Shown here: positions 46,077 to 56,142 of the stretch, one piece after another
Position numbering within the stretch: the stretch's first letter is position 1
Layout: every line of letters starts with the position of its first letter
Assembly (NCBI GenBank): GCA_000830295.1
Contig: CP010425.1
Location: 160,001 to 224,000 of the forward strand
DNA: 64,000 nt
Source: an archaeon GW2011_AR15
Lineage (GTDB): Archaea; Nanobdellota; Nanobdellia; Woesearchaeales; GW2011-AR15
Direction of reading: 5' to 3'
Translations under genes and position numbers: made by a program
The notes under the pieces: generated by a model
Database searches by the model: none
What the model saw: the letters and a program-made list of their open reading frames with translations, nothing else
What the model was told of the DNA's origin: nothing

Positions 46077-46325
46077 ATGGCACTAAATATCCTGCAGATA
46101 TTCGGAAGGATGCTCGGTCATATCCTAAGAAGAGGAAAGGGGATATTTAAGGCACTTTTCGTAATAGACAGCTTTTTCAGGGTATTTACAATGACAATCA
46201 TCATCCCGCTGTTTTTTAGCCTTATGCGTTTCAACATTATAATCGTCTATCTTGGTCTCCTGCTCGGGATAATAATAGATGTGCATGACTTCATTGCAGA
46301 TGCAGGATTCGCAGAGTTCCTGTGA
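46077..46325 (+). CDS. Small membrane protein
   Basis: 82 aa with two hydrophobic segments. Confidence 0.6.
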   Translation: MALNILQIFGRMLGHILRRGKGIFKALFVIDSFFRVFTMTIIIPLFFSLMRFNIIIVYLGLLLGIIIDVHDFIADAGFAEFL

Positions 46326-46365
46326 ATAGTAATGTTTTTATTTTAATTGATTTTATGATAAATGC

Positions 46366-46635
46366 ATGACAAATGACCTAATAGCTGAAACTGTAGTGCT
46401 GACAAAGAGAGAACTGGCAAAAACAAATATGGGTCTGGGTTCTGCATTGAATTATCTTAAAAGGCTCGTTAGACGAAGATTTCTTGATCCAAGAGACGAA
46501 AGACTCGCCAGGGAGCTTGAATCTGTGTATTTCCTGCTGAAAAATAACAGGGACGGCACAACTGCATTTAATGAAGGGCTCAGGAGATTCAATATTGTCT
46601 GGGAAGAGCTAAAGAAAACCAGGAGAGTGCATTAA
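46366..46635 (+). CDS. Hypothetical protein
   Basis: 89-aa ORF. Confidence 0.55.
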   Translation: MTNDLIAETVVLTKRELAKTNMGLGSALNYLKRLVRRRFLDPRDERLARELESVYFLLKNNRDGTTAFNEGLRRFNIVWEELKKTRRVH

Positions 46636-48218
46636 ATTTCTTTCAGAAGCCTGAGAGCCATTTCCACCTCTTCAGGTGCCGGAAATCTTAATTTTAATAT
46701 GAACTCCTCTTTTATGTTTCCAAGCTTTTTCAGCTCACTTTCATTTTGAAGGGGCTCATACTCTTTTATTTCTGAAATCAGTTTATCATATCCTTCAGGA
46801 GGCTCCGGGATATGCTTCTTCAGCCTTTGCCTTAATTTTTCCTTTATTGAAAGAAAACAGTAAACAATTGTATTGCCTGCGTTCATTTTTGCAAGGTCTG
46901 CCAGTTTGTCAAATCCTGCAGAGGCTTCATATCCTGCTTCCCCATTTTCTGCAGCTGCTTCTTCATGGCTTTTATAGCTCGAAAATATAGAGCCTTCATC
47001 TGTTTCCGGCTTTGGCTGCTCCTCAGGAATTTTAATTTCCTCGATTTCCGGAGTGTTTTCTTCTTCATTTTCAAGCTCGGTTATGTCCGTTACATCTATC
47101 TCATCTGGGCTTTTTTCTTCGGTTTCGGGCCCTGTTTCTGTTTCTTCCTTATCATACTGCTCAATCTGCTCAAGCGCCTGCAGGTCCTCTTCAAGGCTGG
47201 GCTCTGATATATCTATTATGTCCGGCATCTTTTCCTGTTCTTCATCATAAACTTCAAGCTCTACTGCCTCCTGCTCCTCTATTTTTCTGTCCTTTGTCTT
47301 CATGACATAGAGTGCCTCTTTTTTTTGTGCCCATTCTATACGCTGCTGCCTGCCAAATGAATTAACCACTTTCTTCAGCAGCCGTGCAATTTCCGTTATT
47401 TCATACTCAGAGAGAACCTGTCTGGTTGACCTCTCTCCAAGCTTATGTCTTATTGTCTCGTCGGTATCAATGTCCTTTACATACTCATACTGCTTATCAG
47501 CAACATCAATGCTCCTTACAGAAAGTGTCCTGTCATCAACTATATATGCATCCGGATAGACGCTGCCATATTCAAAGTCCTGCCCAAGCCCAAAGCAGGC
47601 ATTTACAACAATATTTTCACCGGCATAGTAGGCTATACCTGACTTATCAGCATTAACCATCTTCTGAACCACAAGAGCAATGGAGAACTCTTCTTTTGTT
47701 TTGTTCTCCCTGAAATTTTTTACATACTGAATAAGCTTGTCAGCACATGTTTCGAGAATTGCGCTGAACAGTCTTTCTTTTCCCTTTATGTTAAGTATGG
47801 TTTTCTGGACCAGCCTCAGTTTCTCAGGTTCGTTTCCTATAAAGCTGTGCCTTATCCCGACAAAAACCTCTTCTGATTCAAGCATAGATGTTACGCTCAT
47901 ATTGAGGTCTACAGACAGGCTAAGGTAGGCTTCGACAAGCTCTTCAGAGAAATCCTCGTTAAACCTGTATCTCCTGATTAAATCTTTTACCTCCTCGATT
48001 CTCTCCCTGAACTCTTCCTCAGGGCACTTGAAAAGGCTGCTGACTGGCCCTTTAATCTGTTTATGCCTTATTATCTCATCAAAAACCTCTCTGGAGATGA
48101 TGAATCCCGGAGGAACCCTAAACCCTTTTTTGAAGAGAAGTGCAAGGTTAAGAGCTTTCTTCCCTATATATGGAAAATCCTGCTCTCCTGACTCACTGAA
48201 AAAAAGGATATATTTCAT
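46632..48218 (-). CDS. PEP-synthase/PPDK N-terminal (ATP-grasp) domain protein with acidic linker, degenerate
   Basis: GFRVPPGF, ALVVQKMVNADKSG, ACFGLG, PD.Y, IEWA; lacks phospho-His and PEP-binding domains. Confidence 0.8.
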   Translation of the reverse strand: MKYILFFSESGEQDFPYIGKKALNLALLFKKGFRVPPGFIISREVFDEIIRHKQIKGPVSSLFKCPEEEFRERIEEVKDLIRRYRFNEDFSEELVEAYLSLSVDLNMSVTSMLESEEVFVGIRHSFIGNEPEKLRLVQKTILNIKGKERLFSAILETCADKLIQYVKNFRENKTKEEFSIALVVQKMVNADKSGIAYYAGENIVVNACFGLGQDFEYGSVYPDAYIVDDRTLSVRSIDVADKQYEYVKDIDTDETIRHKLGERSTRQVLSEYEITEIARLLKKVVNSFGRQQRIEWAQKKEALYVMKTKDRKIEEQEAVELEVYDEEQEKMPDIIDISEPSLEEDLQALEQIEQYDKEETETGPETEEKSPDEIDVTDITELENEEENTPEIEEIKIPEEQPKPETDEGSIFSSYKSHEEAAAENGEAGYEASAGFDKLADLAKMNAGNTIVYCFLSIKEKLRQRLKKHIPEPPEGYDKLISEIKEYEPLQNESELKKLGNIKEEFILKLRFPAPEEVEMALRLLKEI

Positions 48219-48320
48219 AACGGTAAAGTGCCATGCAGCATATTTAAACATTTTGGAAATTTTTAGACAGATTTAAATTAAACAAAGTATTTTATAATAA
48301 AAACTGCGCAGGGGAGCATA

Positions 48321-48890
48321 GTGTTGCACAGCATAAAGATAGACGATATCGTCACAATAATAACCCGGCTTGGCAAAGATGGGGAGGAGCTTGTTGATAT
48401 GCTGAGGAATGAAATATCCCTTGGGAATTACAGGCCCACACAATTCCAGATTGACGATATAACCGATGACCTTGCATCTGTCAACCTGAATCTTTACAGT
48501 TTTATGAAATCACTCATGGGCGGCAATAAAGGGATTATTGATTCTTATCTTAAACATAATGTAAGGCTTAAGCCTTTCAATGAATCCCGGTATTTCGCAG
48601 ACCTGGCGGGCAGGGAAAAAATATTGTTTCTGCCAGGTGTCCAGGAGCTCTTTGAGGATGAAGGATATCTTCTTGAGGAAACTGTGCCCGATTACCGGGC
48701 TATTGCGCAGAAAGTGGCTGAGCTGGAAGATGATGGCCTGTTGAAAGTTTATAATGTCAACTCTAAAGGAATAAAGCTCGTTGTAGCTTTGGAAAAAAGC
48801 ATTGCCGATTACCCATGCATCTCCCCAGATAAGATGGAAAAGATAACAAAGAGGGATCTGTACGGCCAGCCAATAGGTTTTACACTATAG
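48321..48890 (+). CDS. Hypothetical protein
   Basis: 189-aa ORF, GGGGAG RBS before GTG. Confidence 0.6.
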   Translation: MLHSIKIDDIVTIITRLGKDGEELVDMLRNEISLGNYRPTQFQIDDITDDLASVNLNLYSFMKSLMGGNKGIIDSYLKHNVRLKPFNESRYFADLAGREKILFLPGVQELFEDEGYLLEETVPDYRAIAQKVAELEDDGLLKVYNVNSKGIKLVVALEKSIADYPCISPDKMEKITKRDLYGQPIGFTL

Positions 48891-48903
48891 ACTCTGGCAT
48901 AGA

Positions 48904-50295
48904 TTATAACTTTTTCACAACGCTGCCGCTGTCAGTATCATCAATAGAATAGCCTTTTTTCTTTATCTTACCACGGAGTTCATCTGCCAGCTTCCATTCC
49001 TTATTCTTCCTTGCCCCTTCTCTTTTTTTTACCAGCCCTGTTATCTCTTCAGGAATTTTTTCTTCCTCAAAGTCCAGAATCCCAAGAATTGTATCAAATG
49101 CCCTCATCTGTTTTATGCAGCCCATGGCCTCTTTTTTGGAAAGTTTGTTCTCTGCCATAAGCTTATTTGCTAAGTTCATGAATTCAAACACTGCAGCCTC
49201 TGCTTCTGAAATATTCAGGTCATCATCCATTGCATCTTCAAATTCTTTTTTTGCTCTGGAAATGATGTCGTCTGCGCTGCCGCCTTTTCCGTCTGCCAGC
49301 TCGAGTTTTCTCATAAATTCTTTAAACTTGTTTATTATGTTTTCTGCAGAATCAAGGGATCGGAATGTAAAATTCAGCTGCTTCCTGTAGTGCGTGCTCA
49401 TAAGAAGATATCTTATTGCTTTTGGAGAATATCCTTTTCCGAGTATATCTTTTAGGATGTAAAAATTGCCCTTGCTCTTTGACATTTTTTCGTTGTCAAC
49501 AAGAAGGTGCTCGCAGTGCAGCCAGTAGTTCACGAATTTCTTTTCAAAACAACCTTCACTCTGTGCAATCTCATTCTCATGATGGGGGAAGATAAGGTCA
49601 ATTCCTCCTGTGTGGATATCAAAGGTCTCTCCCAAGAATTTTGTGCTCATTGCGCTGCACTCTATGTGCCAACCAGGCCTTCCTTTTCCAAGCTCTGACT
49701 CCCAGAAAACGTTTCCGTCCGACTTTTCATATGCCTTCCAGAGCGCAAAATCATTTGCGGATTCTTTTTCATACTCGTCCTGCTTTACCCTTGCTCCTGC
49801 CTTCAGGTCCTTGAATTTAATCTTTGAAAGCTTGCCGTAATCCTTGAATTTTGAGACGGAATAATAAATCGAGCCGTCCTCGCTCCTGTAGGCCATGCCG
49901 TTGTCAAGCAATTTCTTTGTTATCTCAATCATCTCTTTGACTGACTCTGTTGCTTTTGGGTATTTTTCAACACGCTCTATGTTGAGAGTGTCCATGTCAC
50001 GGAAAAAATAGTCTGTGTATTTTTCTGTGAACTCCTTCAATGGAATACCTTCTTTCCGGCTGTCCCTTATTGTCTTGTCATCCACATCTGTAAGGTTCAT
50101 GACATGCATAACTCTGTATCCTTTGTACTTCAGGTATCGCCTTAATATATCAGAGAAAATAAATGCGCGCCAGTTCCCTATATGTGCGTAATTATAGACT
50201 GTCGGGCCGCAGCTGTATATTTTTACTGTGCCCTTCTTCAGTTCCCTAAAAGGCTCTTTTTTCCTTGTAAGCGTGTTGTAAAACTGCACTACCAT
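48904..50295 (-). CDS. cysS: Cysteine--tRNA ligase
   Basis: [39 protein letters not shown]. Confidence 0.98.
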   Translation of the reverse strand: MVVQFYNTLTRKKEPFRELKKGTVKIYSCGPTVYNYAHIGNWRAFIFSDILRRYLKYKGYRVMHVMNLTDVDDKTIRDSRKEGIPLKEFTEKYTDYFFRDMDTLNIERVEKYPKATESVKEMIEITKKLLDNGMAYRSEDGSIYYSVSKFKDYGKLSKIKFKDLKAGARVKQDEYEKESANDFALWKAYEKSDGNVFWESELGKGRPGWHIECSAMSTKFLGETFDIHTGGIDLIFPHHENEIAQSEGCFEKKFVNYWLHCEHLLVDNEKMSKSKGNFYILKDILGKGYSPKAIRYLLMSTHYRKQLNFTFRSLDSAENIINKFKEFMRKLELADGKGGSADDIISRAKKEFEDAMDDDLNISEAEAAVFEFMNLANKLMAENKLSKKEAMGCIKQMRAFDTILGILDFEEEKIPEEITGLVKKREGARKNKEWKLADELRGKIKKKGYSIDDTDSGSVVKKL

Positions 50296-50374
50296 CTCGG
50301 AGAGTAAAACATTCTCATTATTTATATTTATTCGTATAAAGCTTTAAATATTGGCAGTTTCTACAGTGTGGGGA

Positions 50375-50968
50375 ATGAAACTGCTGTTTTTTTCAGACGT
50401 TCACGGGGACATGAAAGCACTGGATAGCCTGAAGGCTAAATCTGGTCAGGCAGACAATGTCATATGCGCCGGGGATTTTACTGTTATGGAAAATAATATC
50501 CAAAAGATTATGAAGCAGATAAACAGCTTCAGGAGCCCTGTCCTGATGATACACGGCAACCATGAGAGCGAAGAGATGCTGAAGGAGCTTTGCGAAAAGC
50601 ATGACAATATAACCTTCCTCCATAAAGCTGTCCATCATGTCGGCGATTATGTTTTCATGGGATACGGAGGAGACGGATTTTCGACAAAAGACAGGTATTT
50701 CGAGGATGTTGCAGCGGAATTTTTCAGGCCGCAGGCTATCGGGAAGAGAAGGATCATCCTGGTTACCCATGGCCCTCCCCACGGAACAGAGATTGACAAG
50801 GTAAACGGAGAATACAGGGGAAACAAGTCATACAGAAAATTTATTGACGATATAAAGCCCCACCTCGTCATATCAGGGCACCTGCATGAGAACGCCGGAA
50901 AAAGCCACAAGATAGGCAGGACCCTTTTCATAAACCCGGGGAAAAGCGGGGTTTTTGTGGATATATAA
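50375..50968 (+). CDS. Calcineurin-like metallophosphoesterase
   Basis: SDVHG, AGD, GNHE, THGPP, GHLHE, NPG. Confidence 0.93.
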   Translation: MKLLFFSDVHGDMKALDSLKAKSGQADNVICAGDFTVMENNIQKIMKQINSFRSPVLMIHGNHESEEMLKELCEKHDNITFLHKAVHHVGDYVFMGYGGDGFSTKDRYFEDVAAEFFRPQAIGKRRIILVTHGPPHGTEIDKVNGEYRGNKSYRKFIDDIKPHLVISGHLHENAGKSHKIGRTLFINPGKSGVFVDI

Positions 50969-51033
50969 CCCTTCCAGTTTCTTTTTGGAGATATTAAATT
51001 TAAATATAAGTTATTTTTTTCTGTATAAGCAAC

Positions 51034-52236
51034 ATGGTGGTTAATGTTGTAGCATCAATGTCTCCTTCTACGGATATCTGTGCTGCATCTGCAAGCGGGA
51101 TATATATCTATGATAGGCCGGAACTGAAAGGGAGAAGATATATTGATTTCTCCGCATCCACAAATAACCTTGTCCTGGGGCACAACCATCCTAATATAAC
51201 GCAGGCCATTATAGAGCATCTTTCGAGCGGCAGGCCTCTGCATGCCTCCTCAAGGTATCTTATGCCAACTCTTGATGACTACCTGTCTGCTCTCGGGAAG
51301 GCGCTGCCGGAAGAGCTAAGCTATGTAAACTACAAACTCTCAGACGGAAGCGACTCTGTTGAAGAGACAATAAAATCAGCTGTAACTTACCAAAGGATGA
51401 ACAAATCAGGGAAGAGCACAAAAGTAATCGTATTCAACAGCGCGCACCATGGGGAGACTATCGGAACTATTGCAGCCTCAAAGAAGCATATTGACAGGGA
51501 GCCATGGCATACTCCTCTCCAGTCTATGTTTGTATATGTCCCTGATTTTTATGATTTGGACAAATTAGAGGCTCTTCTTGAAAAAGAAACCACTGCAGCG
51601 ATACTGCTGGAGCCCATACTTGTAAATGGCGGCGTTATCATGCCTCCTGAGGGATATCTTGAAAAGCTGAAAGAAAAATGTGAACTGCATAGAGTTACGC
51701 TGATATATGATGAGGCCCAGACAGGGTTCGGATGGCTGGGCAAATACACTGCCGCGGAATATTTCTCTGTCGTGCCTGACCTTGCTGCATTCGGGAAGGG
51801 GCTTGGAAACGGCATGACTATAGCCTTGGCAGCATTAAAGCCCGAATATGATGTACTTGACTATAACCAGACGGGATTTACTGACGGCGGAACCCCGATA
51901 AATATGGCAGCTGCAACTGCAGTAATAAATACGCTGCCGGAATACATGGGCGGAGTGGAGAAAAAGAGTGCTGCTCTTCTCCAGAGATTAGACGAGATTA
52001 CTTCCCGTGATGCTCATGTAAAAAAAGTCAGGGGTGCGGGGCTCATTGCCGGCGTTGAGTTCGTATCAAAGGAGTTGGCTGGAGAAATATATAGTGCATG
52101 CATACAAAAAGGGCTTATTTTAAGAAAATCCGGTCCAGGCAACACACTGATATTCAAGATACCTATAATAGTAACTGAAGACCAGCTGCTGGACGGGCTT
52201 GAGAGATTTGAGCATGCCCTAGATGAAAAACAGTAA
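51034..52236 (+). CDS. Class III PLP-dependent aminotransferase-family enzyme
   Basis: YIDF, LGHNHP, GSDSVE, AHHGET, EP, LIYDEAQTGFG, GKGLGNG. Confidence 0.9.
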   Translation: MVVNVVASMSPSTDICAASASGIYIYDRPELKGRRYIDFSASTNNLVLGHNHPNITQAIIEHLSSGRPLHASSRYLMPTLDDYLSALGKALPEELSYVNYKLSDGSDSVEETIKSAVTYQRMNKSGKSTKVIVFNSAHHGETIGTIAASKKHIDREPWHTPLQSMFVYVPDFYDLDKLEALLEKETTAAILLEPILVNGGVIMPPEGYLEKLKEKCELHRVTLIYDEAQTGFGWLGKYTAAEYFSVVPDLAAFGKGLGNGMTIALAALKPEYDVLDYNQTGFTDGGTPINMAAATAVINTLPEYMGGVEKKSAALLQRLDEITSRDAHVKKVRGAGLIAGVEFVSKELAGEIYSACIQKGLILRKSGPGNTLIFKIPIIVTEDQLLDGLERFEHALDEKQ

Positions 52237-53008
52237 TGAATATGGAGAGCTGCTGGAGCCTTATTTTAAAGAGGGTTCCCTGCCGCCTGATGTCAAAATA
52301 TTCAGAACAAAGACCGGCGGTCTAAATAACAATCTGTTCCTGAAATCTGAAAATGATCCGGAGATTTATGTCTTGAGAACCCCGCTCGAAACTGCATTGA
52401 GGAAGGAAACAGAAGATCATATCTTTCAGGAATACACCTCAATAGGCTTAAAGAATGGCGGGTGGAGATTCAGGAAGATTCCTGAACAGGCCGAAGATAT
52501 AGGCTGCTGGATTTCTCTTGGGTTCCCTGTTGTATTGCCGATATCGCATACTGAATCATCAATGCTGTATCCCCTTCTCTCAGCTCCAACATACAAAGAT
52601 TCTCTGATGGCAGGAGACCTCTCCGCGAACTCTGCCCTGCTGGATAATTATTTTTCTGTTATTATGGATGCACACAAAAAGAATGTTGTTTTTGGCGACA
52701 GGTGGGGACCGAATGAGTTTGTTTCTGATAAAGGGATTCTGCTCCATGATTTTGATACAAAGCTTCTCTCAGAGGACAGGAAGGACTTTGAGCTGTCGCA
52801 AATCATATACTACTCTGTCCACAACGCTGTATCATGCCGCGGGGAGGTTGTCCAGTTCATAAAAAAGCTGCTGGATGATAGAAAGGCTTCTCAAGAATAT
52901 AACCTGGATATTGTAAGCCAGTTCCTTGCAGGCCATATCAGCTTTTTCAGGGGCATGCCCGACGGCGGAATAGAAGAGGAGATAAGCTCTTTAATAGATT
53001 CTCTTTAG
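52223..53008 (+). CDS. Protein-kinase-like (APH/choline kinase fold) phosphotransferase
   Basis: GGLNN.LF (Gly loop), YVLR, H...VVFGDRWGPN (Brenner-like), LHDFD; overlaps the aminotransferase stop. Confidence 0.6.
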   Translation: MKNSNEYGELLEPYFKEGSLPPDVKIFRTKTGGLNNNLFLKSENDPEIYVLRTPLETALRKETEDHIFQEYTSIGLKNGGWRFRKIPEQAEDIGCWISLGFPVVLPISHTESSMLYPLLSAPTYKDSLMAGDLSANSALLDNYFSVIMDAHKKNVVFGDRWGPNEFVSDKGILLHDFDTKLLSEDRKDFELSQIIYYSVHNAVSCRGEVVQFIKKLLDDRKASQEYNLDIVSQFLAGHISFFRGMPDGGIEEEISSLIDSL

Positions 53009-53107
53009 GATAATAATCTAAATTCTGCCCCTATTCTATTGCCTAATCCCAGATGATATTTCAGAAAAATATTGGAAAAGTAACTCAGTTCTGAAAGCGC
53101 TGATGCA

Positions 53108-53467
53108 TTACTGCTGATAATGATTACCTTGCTGCTCCTTGGCTACCGCAGTAAGAAATTCTATCTTGGTTTTATCCCCGTCAATGGCCGTGAGCCTGTG
53201 ATAGGCAACTATCTCCTCAATAGGCATTTTTAATGGGTTTTTGATGCCAGATAAATCAAACATATCCGTGGTGCTTCTGGACACTTCACTAAAATAAAGC
53301 AGGTTGTACCCCTGCAGTGTTTCTTCAAGCCCCACGACAGCATGCCACCTGTGAACCCATCTGCCTTCCTCCTCTGTAACAACCTCTGCCAGCTCAAAAT
53401 TTGTGAATCCTGGTTCCATAGAATGCTCTTTATAGTGCGGCAGATGCTTGAGATAAGTATAATCCAT
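53108..53467 (-). CDS. Hypothetical protein
   Basis: 119-aa ORF with TATA box upstream. Confidence 0.55.
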   Translation of the reverse strand: MDYTYLKHLPHYKEHSMEPGFTNFELAEVVTEEEGRWVHRWHAVVGLEETLQGYNLLYFSEVSRSTTDMFDLSGIKNPLKMPIEEIVAYHRLTAIDGDKTKIEFLTAVAKEQQGNHYQQ

Positions 53468-53566
53468 CTTATGTGCTGGAAGAGTGAAGTTATATTTAAA
53501 TTTAGGCTGCTGCTATTTGTTTCTTGCCTAGTTAATTTCTTATATAAGCTGTGCTTAGATTCTCCT

Positions 53567-53968
53567 ATGACCTATACTCCTGATTATGCCAAGGGCCAGG
53601 TTCTTGTACTTTTCATAAACCCGGGAACGGACAGGGGGTTTGCAGAAAAATTTGGCAAGGGCCTTGGATATGAACTGTCAAAAGAAGAGTATGCACATAG
53701 CAACGCACCTCATTTTATCTACCTTACGCCGGAAGGCGAAGAGCAGGCAGCCATAGATAATTTTCTCAACTACGCTGCTTTTGTTGAGTCAGCAGAATTA
53801 AGGGATATAAAACTTGAAAAAAGATGGGAATCAATGGGCAGGCTGGAAGAGCTGATAGGTGATTATACTGAAGCTGCTGAGTCGGATGAGAATTATGGGA
53901 AATTACTGGAGGAGATACACAGTAGCTCGGAAAAATTGTTTAGTGAATTTAACAGTGGTGCCGGATGA
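53567..53968 (+). CDS. Hypothetical protein, N-terminus resembling subtilisin propeptide (I9-like)
   Basis: PDYAKGQVLV.F...P.GEE..AI...FVESAE; start chosen from TATA spacing. Confidence 0.5.
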   Translation: MTYTPDYAKGQVLVLFINPGTDRGFAEKFGKGLGYELSKEEYAHSNAPHFIYLTPEGEEQAAIDNFLNYAAFVESAELRDIKLEKRWESMGRLEELIGDYTEAAESDENYGKLLEEIHSSSEKLFSEFNSGAG

Positions 53969-54420
53969 TGGCTTTTCTTCCGCTGTATTTTGAGATTGGA
54001 GTTATTGTTGCGATATTCTTTGCCCTGCTTGAGATACAAATTGAAGGCAAGCACGGCTGGGCAAAAAAGCTTCCCACATGGAGAAAGCAGTTCTGGCTTT
54101 TCAACAGGATATTCGGAAGAAAGAAAGAGCTCACGGGCTATCATGTCTCTATGTGGCTGTTCATCTTTTCGATGCTGCATACTGCTTTCATATTTGCGCC
54201 ATGGACTCTGCAGAACGAGGCACTGGTGTTTTCATTGTATATCTTCATAACATTGAGTGAGGATTTCCTGTGGTTCGTGCTGAACCCGGCATTCGGACTG
54301 AAAAAATTCAGCAGAAAATATGTAACATGGCACCCGAAATGGCTAGGCCCGCTTCCTTTCCAGTATTATCTGGGGATTATGGCATGGGTGGCTTTGTTCT
54401 GGTTTGGTATAAATTATTAG
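53965..54420 (+). CDS. Membrane protein, unknown function
   Basis: EIQIEG.HGWA..LPTW, LTGYH, EDFLWFVLNP. Confidence 0.75.
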   Translation: MMAFLPLYFEIGVIVAIFFALLEIQIEGKHGWAKKLPTWRKQFWLFNRIFGRKKELTGYHVSMWLFIFSMLHTAFIFAPWTLQNEALVFSLYIFITLSEDFLWFVLNPAFGLKKFSRKYVTWHPKWLGPLPFQYYLGIMAWVALFWFGINY

Positions 54421-54444
54421 AAAAATGAAAAAATAAAATGAAAA

Positions 54445-55743
54445 TTATACTTTGGCAAGCTCCTCTTCTATCACAGCCTCAAATGCTGAGTAAGGCTGCG
54501 CTCCCCTGACACTCTGTCCTATCACTGTTTTTCCGTCAGCCTGTATCACACCAACTAAAAACCCTGGTGTGCCTGAAACTCCTGCACTCGTGCCTGCGCT
54601 GAAGTCGCTCTGGACCTCTGCCTGGTATTTTCTTGAGTTAATACAATTGTTGAACAGTGATGTGTCCATGCCGAGCTCTTCAGCCCATGCCTTGTAGTTA
54701 TCAGCACTTAATGAGTCCTGATTTTCGAACAGCTTGTTATGGAATTCCCAGAACATTCCCTGTTCGTCTGCGCATTCTGCTGCCTCTGCTGCAGGTGTTG
54801 CCTGAGGATGTATGCTGCTCAGAGGAAAATCTCTGTAAACAAACCGGATTTTCCCTGTGCTGATATAGTTCTGCTGTATTGAAGGCAGTGTCTCACTGTA
54901 AAACCTGCTGCAGTATGGGCACTGGAAGTCTGACCACTCTATTATCACAACCTTGGCTGATGCACTTCCCTTTGACGGATCATCATCTATGCTGCTTGTG
55001 TATTCTGTAGCCTGCGTTGGCTGTGTAGGCTGAGTAGGCTGCACTGGTGTTGGCTGTGCCTCCCCTGAAAGATGCCTGTCAATAACAGCCTTCAAATTGT
55101 CATATGGCTGTGCCCCCACAACTTTCTCTCCGCCTATGAAAAATGTAGGCGTGCCTGTAACTCCCCTGCTTGTTCCCTCATTGTAATCTGCCTGGACAAC
55201 AGATGCCTTTTCCTTGCTGTCATAGCAGTCATTGAATTTTGCAGTATTAAGGCCAAGATCTGCTGCGTGCTTTTTCAGGCTGGCTGTATCAAGGGCTTTT
55301 GTCTCAAAAAGCCTGTCATGATATTCCTCAAATTTGCCCTGGTCTCGCGCACACTCTGAAGCCTCTGCTGCCTGCTGTGCCAATGGGTGCAGGCTGCTCA
55401 GTGGGAAATGCTTGTATACAAACGTCACCTGCCCCTCATACTCATCCAGCAGCTGTTTCACTGTTGGATATGCTCTCTGGCAGAACGGGCACTCAAAATC
55501 TGAAAACTCCTCAATAAGCAGTTCTCCATTGCTGCCTGTATTTGATTTCTTAAGGCTGTTGAGAAGTGACCCGACGCCGTTGCCCAAACCAAATCCGTTT
55601 GTAAGTACAGACAGGACCAACAATACTCCCAGCACAATTGCATAAGTCTTCCACATATCATCTTTAGGAGCTGCTTTCCCGGATGCTCCTTTTGCGGATG
55701 ATCTTCTAGAAGCAGTTGACTTCTTTTTAGTGTTTTTAGCCAT
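54445..55743 (-). CDS. Membrane-anchored protein with two tandem DsbA domains
   Basis: SDFECPFC...HFPL...GVTGTPTF and SDFQCPYC...DFPL...GVSGTPGF joined by a (QPT)n linker. Confidence 0.93.
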   Translation of the reverse strand: MAKNTKKKSTASRRSSAKGASGKAAPKDDMWKTYAIVLGVLLVLSVLTNGFGLGNGVGSLLNSLKKSNTGSNGELLIEEFSDFECPFCQRAYPTVKQLLDEYEGQVTFVYKHFPLSSLHPLAQQAAEASECARDQGKFEEYHDRLFETKALDTASLKKHAADLGLNTAKFNDCYDSKEKASVVQADYNEGTSRGVTGTPTFFIGGEKVVGAQPYDNLKAVIDRHLSGEAQPTPVQPTQPTQPTQATEYTSSIDDDPSKGSASAKVVIIEWSDFQCPYCSRFYSETLPSIQQNYISTGKIRFVYRDFPLSSIHPQATPAAEAAECADEQGMFWEFHNKLFENQDSLSADNYKAWAEELGMDTSLFNNCINSRKYQAEVQSDFSAGTSAGVSGTPGFLVGVIQADGKTVIGQSVRGAQPYSAFEAVIEEELAKV

Positions 55744-55868
55744 TATTATATACCCCCTTTTGACAAAAGTATGGCTTAGCTAAATAGAATTGGTTTATAT
55801 ATTTTATCTAAATTTTAATTTTGGGAGAAACTTAAGTTTATAAAAAAATTTAAGAAAATTTCCGGAAA

Positions 55869-56105
55869 TTATCTTCTGGATTTGGTTTTCCTGGCTGCTT
55901 TCTTTGTTGCTTTTCTTGCATGTTTCTTGGCAGTCTTCTTGGCAGCTTTCCTGTAGCTTTTTTTTGCTGCCGGCTTTGCTCTTGCCTTTGTTTCGGTGCT
56001 TTTCTTGTTCTTGCAGACCTCACAATATAATGAGCCAGCATATTTTGGATAAAAGACTCCGCCGCATATCAGGCATTTCTTCCTTACTTTGTATAATTTT
56101 GCCAT
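55869..56105 (-). CDS. Zn-ribbon protein with Lys/Ala-rich histone-H1-like tail
   Basis: CLICG...YCEVC then KPAAKKSYRKAAKKTAKKHARKATKKAARK. Confidence 0.7.
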   Translation of the reverse strand: MAKLYKVRKKCLICGGVFYPKYAGSLYCEVCKNKKSTETKARAKPAAKKSYRKAAKKTAKKHARKATKKAARKTKSRR

Positions 56106-56142
56106 TTTGCTCTTTCTTGGAAAAACAAGTTACTTTAAAAGG

